Positions 1 to 4,502 of a stretch of DNA of 4,502 bases are shown here, in pieces; position 1 is the stretch's first letter; each line of letters starts with the position of its first letter. Below the pieces are notes generated by a model. The model did not search any database and was not told where the DNA came from. It was given only the letters and a program-made list of their open reading frames with translations. Origin of the DNA: Dictyostelium discoideum (Eukaryota); assembly GCA_000004695.1 (NCBI GenBank), contig CH709155.1:1-4502 (forward strand). The letters are read 5' to 3'. Both the position numbers and the translations under genes were made by a program.

Positions 1-160
1 CGAAAACAACTAAGGTAGTGTTTGCTGGATTCAAAGAGTTCAAGGTACAGAAATTGCGGAATCTTGTATAACTGGAGCTATATACTTTGAGAGTTAGGGG
101 TTCCCGAGACTTCATTAACAGCTCAGCTGTTTTTGTATTTGTTGTACGAGCGAAGGACAT
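1..160 (-). CDS. putative tyrosine recombinase ORF, N-terminal 53 codons; continues past the window start
   Basis: On the minus strand, ATG = rc(158-160) and overlaps the TAA of the upstream ORF (TAATG). All 53 codons to the window edge are open: MSFARTTNTKTAELLMKSREPLTLKVYSSSYTRFRNFCTLNSLNPANTTLVVF. The pattern TLK.Y....F..FC....P......V.F resembles the N-terminal core-binding region of tyrosine recombinases. That similarity is from memory and no search was run. Confidence 0.35.
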   Translation of the reverse strand, partial: MSFARTTNTKTAELLMKSREPLTLKVYSSSYTRFRNFCTLNSLNPANTTLVVF

Positions 161-690
161 TACATGAGATTGGAAAGTTGAATAATCCCCAGCTTCCAAC
201 GTTGTTGAATCTGGGTTGGTATCGACTCTACTGATTGTTTGGTCAATACTTCTTGGAATGTTCCCAGTACTTGAGGAAACATGTGACGATGATGACGAGG
301 AACTTGAGCTTGAATCATCGGAAACCAAGTTGCTGATCTCCAGATTGGGAAGATCAGTATTATAGAAACCTTCTTCGAACTGGATGAGTTCATCTTCTCC
401 AGGATAGAAGGCAAAAGAATGGGTGGTGGGAAGGCTAGATATTGCTCCCATTGACTCCAATCGAGGTGGAGTGCATTCATTCTGATTGTTGAGTAGTTGT
501 TCGTTTGATGGTTGAGGTGAGATGCGAACAGATCCATCTGTATTTGACCGAATTGAAGTTGGATGCGATTGAACACTTCCTTCTTCAGTTGCCAGTTGTA
601 ACTCTTGATTACTCTGGACGATGATTTGTGATTCATCTCTGAAAGACGACTGAGGTGGTCGGCTTTTACATTGAAGAATCCTGGAATGTG
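160..690 (-). CDS. DIRS-like ORF3 (RT/RH/MT polyprotein) C-terminal fragment: RNase H end plus DLFAS/methyltransferase-like domain
   Basis: This is the ORF-track 160..711 reading on the minus strand. Residues LHIPGFFNVKADHLSRL match the terminal RNase H motif of gypsy/DIRS elements. Downstream, IQMDLFASHLNHQ...ALHLDWSQWEQYLAFPPPILLPSILEKM...KKVSIILIFPIWRSATWFP matches the DIRS DLFAS domain as I remember it. Codons above 690 are read-through into an unrelated fragment. Confidence 0.75.
   Translation of the reverse strand, partial: HIPGFFNVKADHLSRLSEMNHKSSSRVIKSYNWQLKKEVFNRIQLQFGQIQMDLFASHLNHQTNNYSTIRMNALHLDWSQWEQYLAFPPPILLPSILEKMNSSSSKKVSIILIFPIWRSATWFPMIQAQVPRHHRHMFPQVLGTFQEVLTKQSVESIPTQIQQRWKLGIIQLSNLM
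666..690. repeat. 25-bp direct repeat, copy 1 (ttacattgaagaatcctggaatgtg)
   Basis: It matches 1640-1664 at 24 of 25 positions (g688 versus a1662). It encodes HIPGFFNV on the minus strand. Confidence 0.9.
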
Positions 691-959
691 TAAGAAAGCT
701 AGCCAAGTCAATCAGAAAGAACAACGAAGCAAAACAATCATTGTTAAAATTGAATTATCATTCCAAGCCCAATGTCAAGAAATTAGTTAACTCAAGTGGT
801 AATAACACTACAGGAAACAGTAGTAATAGTAAATCCAGTAGTGGGAGTAATGGCCGATCTAACAACTTCAATGGATCACCAAGTAGTGTTGCATCAGGTA
901 GCAACAATACCAAGTCTGCCAACGGTACCAACAACCGTTTTCAGAAGAACAAGAAGTAA
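690..959 (+). pseudogene. gag-like ORF1 C-terminal fragment (N/S-rich tail ending NNRFQKNKK*)
   Basis: Frame 0 reads VRKLAKSIRKNNEAKQSLLKLNYHSKPNVKK...NNRFQKNKK, stop at 957-959. The near-identical reading occurs at 4022-4291 as the end of the long ORF1 of the second copy. No upstream ORF1 body is present here. Confidence 0.6.
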
Positions 960-961
960 AC

Positions 962-1040
962 TTACCAGTAGGTGGCGTCTGTTCCACCCACAAACAAGTT
1001 TGGAAAGAATTGGGTCTTCCAAACTTTTGTCAAGAGGTCC
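962..1040 (+). pseudogene. ORF3 (RT-containing ORF) extreme 5' start fragment, truncated at 1040
   Basis: The frame beginning at 962 reads LPVGGVCSTHKQVWKELGLPNFCQEV. This matches copy 2 at 4294 onward (LPVGGRLFHHKQVWKELGLPNFCQEVVNGLKVHLL...), which continues into an RT N-terminal region. Confidence 0.45.
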
Positions 1041-1150
1041 CCGCCCTTAGTCGGAATTCCATAAATCAAATTGTTTTAGTTTTTAGTGCCACTATTTATA
1101 CGTTTTTATTTTCTTAAAAATTTCGCAAAACTCAAAAAAATAAGAGTTTT

Positions 1151-1268
1151 CGACCCTTCACAACTTTGTGCATAGTGTCGGTTCGGAATTTTTCAGTTTT
1201 TTCGACCTTGCGCAATGATCGCGTCATTGTGCCGGTTCAAAATTTTTACTTTTCTTTCGAAAATTTTT
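1151..1268. repeat. diverged tandem duplication, about 54 bp x 2.3 (ttcgacc...ggttcRRaattttt)
   Basis: Unit 1 is 1151-1203 and unit 2 is 1204-1258, about 70% identical. A partial third unit, tttcgaaaatttttt, follows. Confidence 0.6.
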
Positions 1269-1275
1269 TATTCTT

Positions 1276-1295
1276 CGAATGTTCTAGAACATTCT
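1276..1295. promoter_or_regulatory. heat-shock element: four contiguous perfect nGAAn/nTTCn units (cGAAt gTTCt aGAAc aTTCt); 1277-1294 is an 18-bp perfect palindrome
   Basis: This is an exact match to the alternating 5-bp HSE consensus over 20 bp. The DIRS-1 terminal repeats of Dictyostelium are reported to carry heat-shock promoters (established knowledge). Confidence 0.55.
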
Positions 1296-1347
1296 AAAAA
1301 ATTATCTTAAATATTTGGGAAATTCAAATAAATAAATGTTATTCATA

Positions 1348-1363
1348 ATATATATATATATAT
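1348..1363. repeat. (AT)8 microsatellite
   Basis: atatatatatatatat. Confidence 0.9.
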
Positions 1364-1485
1364 TTAATATAAAATATAATTTAATAAATTAAATTTTTAA
1401 TTAATTTTTTCTTTTTTTTTTAAATCTTTTTAATTTTTATTTTTAAAGTGATATTATTAATATATCTTATCAAGTTAACTTTATT

Positions 1486-1575
1486 AAGTATTATTATTAA
1501 GTATACTTATTAATTATATAATTATTAAGTATACTTAATAAGTATAATTAATTAGTATACTTATTAAGTACACTT
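1486..1575. repeat. array of palindromic AT-rich units built on ttaagtatacttaa (a 14-bp perfect palindrome) and attaagtatacttattaa variants
   Basis: There are four or five copies in both orientations, for example 1494-1511, 1525-1538, 1553-1570, plus a 9-bp-arm inverted repeat ataagtata...tatacttat. Confidence 0.65.
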
Positions 1576-1592
1576 TATAATAGTACTATTTA

Positions 1593-1811
1593 CATTCCTA
1601 CTTTAAAGATGCTTTTAAGGTTTTTTTTCGCCCCCTGTGTTACATTGAAGAATCCTGGAATATGCTCTCCAATCAAGTTCACTTTCTTCTTGAGGCATTG
1701 TTTCCAAAGTTGTTCGAACAGAACTGAGAGATCTTGTATCTGGCCACCCTGGCGATTGATGTAAGAGAGAGTGGTAGTGTTGTTACGTCCGTTATCGCTT
1801 AATTGGACGAT
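1593..1811 (-). pseudogene. RNase H fragment of DIRS-like ORF3 (SDN...TTTLSYINRQGG...LWKQC...LIGEHIPGFFNV), detached from its continuation at 666-690
   Basis: The minus strand reads *IVQLSDNGRNNTTTLSYINRQGGQIQDLSVLFEQLWKQCLKKKVNLIGEHIPGFFNV, then junk (TQGAKKNLKSIFKVGM*). The SDN..TT..YIN+QGG and HIPG..N motifs have DIRS/gypsy RNase H spacing. The frame is bounded upstream by TAG, the reverse complement of 1812-1814. Confidence 0.7.
1640..1664. repeat. 25-bp direct repeat, copy 2 (ttacattgaagaatcctggaatatg)
   Basis: See copy 1 at 666-690. The two copies bracket a 949-bp block. Confidence 0.9.
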
Positions 1812-2165
1812 CTATTAATCGTCGGTTCAACAAAAGAAGAATGTTTATCCAACCTCAAAAAGACACTGGACTTACTTGTCAAACTAGGTTTCAAGTTAAA
1901 CCTAGAAAACAGTGTTCTCGAACCAACTCAATCAATTACGTTTCTCGGATTACAAATCGATTCTGTATCAATGAAGCTCCTTGTTCCCAAAGAAAAGAAG
2001 AAAAGTAACATCAAAGGAAATAAGAAACTTTTTAAAACTAGATTGTTGCTCCCCAAGAAAGCTTGCTGGTTTAAAAGGAAAGTTAATCGCACTGAAAGAT
2101 GCAGTCATCCCCTTCAGACTTTACACTCACATCACAGCGAAGAAAAAACCACCTTTAAAGCAAAT
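1803..2165 (+). pseudogene. reverse transcriptase fragment (from the LDD of the YxDD box through the thumb) with one frameshift near the A-run at 1990-2006; truncated at both ends
   Basis: Frame 0 reads LDDLLIVGSTKEECLSNLKKTLDLLVKLGFKLNLENSVLEPTQSITFLGLQIDSVSMKLLVPKEKK. Frame 1 then reads VTSKEIRNFLKLDCCSPRKLAGLKGKLIALKDAVIPFRLYTHI. Together this matches the RT pattern YLDD.L....T.EE....L..VL..L...G..LN..KS.L.P.Q.I.FLG..IDS..M...LP.EK...I......LL......V..R.LA.L.GKL.A...AV.P.RLYTR. The Y codon position is TAA (1800-1802). Confidence 0.8.
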
Positions 2166-2320
2166 TTAAATTTAATTTAAAGCGAATTTAAAGTCCTGAA
2201 TTAAAGCCAATTTTAAAGGTAATTTTAAAGGTATTTTTTAAGGTTACTTTAAAATCACCTTAAAAATCACCTTTAAAATTACATTTAAAATTAGCTTTTT
2301 AATCGCTTTAAAAGCTAGGT
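2160..2320. repeat. degenerate minisatellite of roughly 12-bp period with a TTTAAA core; unit orientation flips at about 2246 (aattttaaaggt x3 versus acctttaaaatt-type units)
   Basis: Units are aatttaaagcg, aatttaaagtcctg, aattaaagcc, aattttaaaggt, aattttaaaggt, attttttaaggt | tttaaaatcacc, ttaaaaatcacc, tttaaaattaca, tttaaaattagc, tttttaatcgc, tttaaaagc. The right half is the reverse complement of the left-half unit. Confidence 0.75.
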
Positions 2321-2333
2321 CCTTAGTTCGAAG

Positions 2334-2347
2334 CCGTTAATTAACGG
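2334..2347. repeat. 14-bp perfect palindrome ccgttaattaacgg
   Basis: It is identical to its own reverse complement. Confidence 0.9.
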
Positions 2348-2391
2348 ATAAATTTTTTAAATTTTTTTTTTAATTTTTCAAAAATTACCAA

Positions 2392-2426
2392 AAGGGATTC
2401 GATCCCCCGACCCTTTATCAAAGGGT
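2392..2426 (-). other. tRNA-like half-molecule: anticodon-arm-like hairpin (ACCCT-TTGATAA-AGGGT, anticodon GAT) followed after 1 nt by a T-arm/B-box-like GGGGG-ATCGAAT-CCCTT. Not a complete tRNA gene
   Basis: On the minus strand, 2410-2426 forms a 5-bp stem with a 7-nt loop whose loop is TTGATAA. Positions 2392-2408 read GGGGGATCGAATCCCTT, a 9 of 11 match to the B-box GGTTCGAATCC. No D-arm or acceptor pairing partner could be found upstream. The variable region would be 1 nt. Confidence 0.3.
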
Positions 2427-2481
2427 AGTCTCATCAACCATTTCACCATTTGATTGCTTTGATGCAAATTTAAAATTGATT

Positions 2482-2503
2482 GTAAAGTATTTTGATACTT
2501 TAC
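2482..2503. repeat. perfect 9-bp-stem hairpin gtaaagtat-tttg-atactttac
   Basis: The stem arms are exact reverse complements. Confidence 0.85.
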
Positions 2504-2800
2504 GAAGTTCGGGTTTGGAAATCTAAAATAAAAATTAAAAAAATAATAAAAATAAAATAAAAACATTTTTCGTTTTTCGAAAAATTTAGTTTTTCACTTT
2601 GAATACAAATAACAATATTAGTATTATTTATTAATTTGAATTTCTAAACATCTATTTAATTTATACATATTTAACTATAAATTTAACACTTTTATTTTAA
2701 CTCTTTGATAGTACTGGCCAGGCTTAATTAAAGAGAGATTTTCAGATTAAATCACAATAAATAAAATAAATTAAATAACAACAACAACAACAACTACAAA
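2504..2800 (+). other. AT-rich leader upstream of ORF1: candidate 5' terminal or promoter region of the element copy starting at 2801
   Basis: The region is non-coding at about 15% GC and ends in (AAC)n running into the ORF1 ATG at 2801. No HSE of the quality seen at 1276-1295 is present. Its identity as a terminal repeat cannot be established from this window. Confidence 0.3.
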
Positions 2801-4291
2801 ATGAATAAAACACCAACAATAACAACAACTACAACAACTACACCACAAATTAAGAAGGATCTACATGAAAATGAACAAGGAAAGAAGGAGCTAATGGATA
2901 AGCTCAACGAATGTAAAAGTGCATATGCTATATTAAGCTCAAAGGGCCACGCACTTGAAGGTGAACTAAAATGAGCTAAAGAAAGTAGAGACGAATACAA
3001 ATCAAAATGTGAACAATTAATCGTAGAGAGAGGAGGATTCAAAAGCACAATATCAAAATTGCAAGATGAACTAAGTATATATATATATATATTACCAGCT
3101 AGTCGAGGTATACAAAACACCAGCCACTGAGAAGGCAGGTATAATGGAAGAGGAAGAGACCGAATCAGAAACAACTAGTAATGATAGAAGAGACACTCAT
3201 GCTAAACCAACTCCATCAAATGAATTCATCAGTATTGTTGAACTTTTCATCAGTGAAGGTGCCATCACAGCACTTGAAAGAGTAAACTGGTTATTCTCCG
3301 TATATAATGTTTATGAAATCAGATCAAGAATTCACTATTTGATTACAGGCGTCTTCAACAGACCAAACGAAACAAGAGACACACTCTTGAAAGTAGCCAA
3401 TGCCCTCAACAACTGTCTATCATCAGAAGAGAAGACAGATTAGAAGAGAATTATAGAAATAGTCAAAAATTGCGACAACTCTTCAAAACATAAAGCAGAA
3501 GTTTGGGATGCTTTCGTTAAAATTAGAACATTAGGTGTCAACTTAGATGGTACTAATCTCGAAGCTTAGATCTTGAAGTGGAACAAAGCAAAACTCTATT
3601 GGAGTACTGCTTTGACAACCAATGAAAGATTTACCAATTTACTAGGTGGACTTCACGAGAACGTAACGCTTGAAGTATTAAAACTCAAGGAGGCACTAAG
3701 TGAAGAACAATTCGCTGAATCTAAGCAAGACCAATGGTTCACATGGATCAGAAAATCGGTACAAACTATTAGCGAATCAACGATAGCTTAAAACCTTTGC
3801 TTCTCATGTCAAGTATGTTATCATCTGATAGCTACAATGTCGATATAGAACTTATTAGTTATTTAACTCAGAGTGCAATCGTCTTAGCCGTTAATGCTCA
3901 AGCATCGCTTAGTCGTGTCCGTCGTAACAACATCGCTAAAGAAATCTATGGTTCTGAAGCACTCTTACCAATTAAGATCAAGGATACACCAAAGATGTTT
4001 GATGAAACTGAAACTGAACGTGTAAGAAAGCTAGCCAAGTCAATCAGAAAGAACAACGAAGCTAAACAATCATTGTTAAAATTGAATTATCATTCCAAAT
4101 CAAATGTTAAGAAATCAGTTAACTCAAGTGGTAATAACACTACAGGAAACAGTAGTAATAGTAAATCCAGTAGTGGGAGTAATGGCCGATCTAACAACTT
4201 CAATGGATCACCAAGTAATGTTGCATCAGGTAGAAACAATACCAAGTCTGCAAATGGTACCAACAACCGTTTTCAGAAGAACAAGAAGTAA
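2801..4291 (+). pseudogene. gag-like ORF1 with three premature stops and two frameshifts
   Basis: ATG 2801 begins MNKTPTITTTTTTTPQIKKDLHENEQGKKELMDKLNECKSAYAILSSKGHALEGELK, ending at TGA 2972-2974. The same frame runs on through ...KSTISKLQDELS. A frameshift then occurs inside the (TA)n tract at 3076-3092 (codon phase 2 to phase 0). The frame continues ...IMEEEETESE... with TAG at 3441-3443 and TAG at 3567-3569. A second frameshift falls at about 3773-3790 (phase 0 to phase 2). The frame then runs to NNRFQKNKK with TAA at 4289-4291. The heptad-like, charged and N/S-rich composition is typical of a gag-like protein. Confidence 0.7.
3076..3092. repeat. (TA)8.5 microsatellite inside ORF1
   Basis: tatatatatatatatat. 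The reading frame of ORF1 changes across it. Confidence 0.9.
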
Positions 4292-4370
4292 ACTTACCAG
4301 TAGGTGGACGTCTGTTCCACCACAAACAAGTTTGGAAAGAATTGGGTCTTCCAAACTTTTGTCAAGAGGT
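4020..4370 (+). repeat. second copy of the 351-353 bp segment also present at 688-1040
   Basis: See feature 688-1040. Identity is about 96-97%. Confidence 0.85.
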
Positions 4371-4502
4371 TGTAAATGGATTAAAAGTCCATCTACTTCC
4401 AAATTTCAAGCCGATGCCAAACCCAATTCCGATTTCAATTCCAGAGGGTCCGAAATCAGATTGCATCACACAGGAAGTACAAGACTTGTTATTAGACGAT
4501 GC
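4294..4502 (+). CDS. start of DIRS-like ORF3 (RT polyprotein), partial; continues past the window end
   Basis: The frame is open from 4234 (after TAG at 4231-4233) to the window end: LPVGGRLFHHKQVWKELGLPNFCQEVVNGLKVHLLPNFKPMPNPIPISIPEGPKSDCITQEVQDLLLDD. It overlaps the ORF1 end in the -1 frame. The only in-frame ATG is at about 4421. Confidence 0.5.

Larger units (their letters stand above)
1..690 (-). mobile_element. 3' portion of a DIRS-like (tyrosine-recombinase) retrotransposon; 5' side truncated at a rearrangement junction near 688
   Basis: The minus strand carries the RNase H C-terminal motif HIPGFFNVKADHLSRL. This is followed by a domain with DLFAS...LDWSQW...FPP..LL..L.K......K....I.P.W....W, the conserved downstream domain of DIRS-family pol. 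A second ORF then starts. GC content is coding-like. Confidence 0.75.
688..1040 (+). mobile_element. truncated duplicate of a DIRS-like internal segment (ORF1 3' end plus ORF3 5' start); homolog of 4020-4370
   Basis: It aligns base for base with 4020-4370 at a constant offset of 3332. There are about 12 differences, including two compensating 1-nt indels at 976-988 versus 4308-4320. Homology begins at gtgtaagaaag and ends at gtcaagaggt. Confidence 0.85.
1041..1639. other. AT-rich non-coding block, possibly DIRS terminal-repeat or heat-shock promoter DNA; edged by C-rich octamers (ccccgccc 1040-1047, cgccccc 1629-1635)
   Basis: There is no ORF and GC content is very low. The block contains a four-unit HSE, a diverged tandem duplication, a (TA)8 tract and palindromic AT arrays. 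GC-rich octamers are rare in this background, yet they sit at both edges. Confidence 0.4.
2801..4502 (+). mobile_element. 5' half of a DIRS-like retrotransposon copy: gag-like ORF1 pseudogene plus start of the RT-containing ORF3
   Basis: ORF1 and ORF3 lie in the same order and overlap arrangement as the duplicated fragment at 688-1040. The ORF3 frame leads into an RT N-terminal-like sequence (ITQEVQDLLLDD). Confidence 0.75.

Noticed and set aside
796-1050. 84-aa plus-strand ORF in the third frame across the duplicated segment
   Set aside because: It is neither the ORF1 frame nor the ORF3-start frame. It is open only because the N/S-rich codon bias yields few stops, and it has no recognisable motif.
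1728-1802. Possible upstream continuation of RT on the plus strand (EILYLATLAIDVRESGSVVTSVIA*LDD)
   Set aside because: The hydrophobic run before LDD is weakly RT-like. The same DNA on the minus strand gives a much stronger multi-motif RNase H match (SDN..TTTLSYINRQGG ... HIPGFFNV) with no stops. The plus frame is also closed by TAA at 1800 and TGA at 1725. I treat the minus reading as real and the junction as lying at 1800-1812.
1981-2169. 62-aa ORF as an independent gene
   Set aside because: It is the continuation of the RT fragment after a 1-nt frameshift in the A-run near 1990-2006.
2160-2320. CRISPR-like regular repeats
   Set aside because: This is a eukaryotic AT-rich context. The units are about 12 bp with no unique spacers and a degenerate sequence, so it is a minisatellite and not a repeat-spacer array. 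The same applies to 1486-1575.
2385-2470. Complete tRNA gene (Ile-GAU) on the minus strand
   Set aside because: No acceptor-stem partner, no D-arm and only a 1-nt variable region could be found. The T-stem also needs two G-U pairs. The call is kept only as a tRNA-like fragment.
2378-2566. 62-aa minus-strand ORF (MFLFYFYYFFNFYFRF...)
   Set aside because: It is a low-complexity translation of AT-rich DNA (poly-F/Y/N) and overlaps the tRNA-like hairpins. It has no domain-like pattern and is an artefact of the low stop density of T-rich frames.
2794-3174. 126-aa minus-strand ORF antisense to ORF1
   Set aside because: It is the reverse complement of the (AAC)n/Thr-rich start of ORF1, giving poly-Val and leucine-rich junk. 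The sense strand carries the recognisable gag-like reading.
3144-4291. Three separate ORF-track genes (3144-3443, 3573-3791, 3797-4291)
   Set aside because: They are consecutive pieces of one gag-like ORF1 separated only by single nonsense codons and one frameshift. They are reported as a single pseudogene.

Overview
This window is an AT-rich eukaryotic sequence whose composition (AAC/poly-Thr/Asn coding, about 15% GC intergenic blocks) fits a dictyostelid genome. It contains no ordinary cellular gene. It is a mosaic of broken, mutually interrupting fragments of a DIRS-like tyrosine-recombinase retrotransposon, set out below in window order. (1) 1-690, minus strand: the 3' part of an element. 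It encodes the RNase H C-terminus (HIPGFFNVKADHLSRL), a DLFAS/methyltransferase-like domain, and the start of a putative tyrosine-recombinase ORF. (2) 688-1040, plus strand: a truncated second copy, about 96-97% identical, of the ORF1 3' end and ORF3 5' start that recur at 4020-4370. (3) 1041-1639: an AT-rich non-coding block carrying a perfect four-unit heat-shock element, tandem and palindromic repeats, and C-rich octamers at both edges. (4) 1593-1811, minus strand: an RNase H fragment (SDN...TTTLSYINRQGG...HIPGFFNV) that continues exactly into fragment (1) once the intervening 974 bp is removed. (5) 1803-2165, plus strand: an RT fragment that starts at the LDD of the YxDD box and carries one frameshift. 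It lies head-to-head with fragment (4). (6) 2160-2320: a TTTAAA-core minisatellite. It is followed by a tRNA-like half-molecule (2392-2426), palindromes and an AT-rich leader. (7) 2801-4502, plus strand: the 5' half of another element copy. Its gag-like ORF1 is a pseudogene (three premature stops, two frameshifts, one at an internal (TA)n tract), and the RT-containing ORF3 starts in an overlapping frame. The arrangement resembles nested DIRS-into-DIRS fragment clusters. I see no sequence evidence for a novel non-transposon system. The most interesting signals are the rearrangement junctions themselves.
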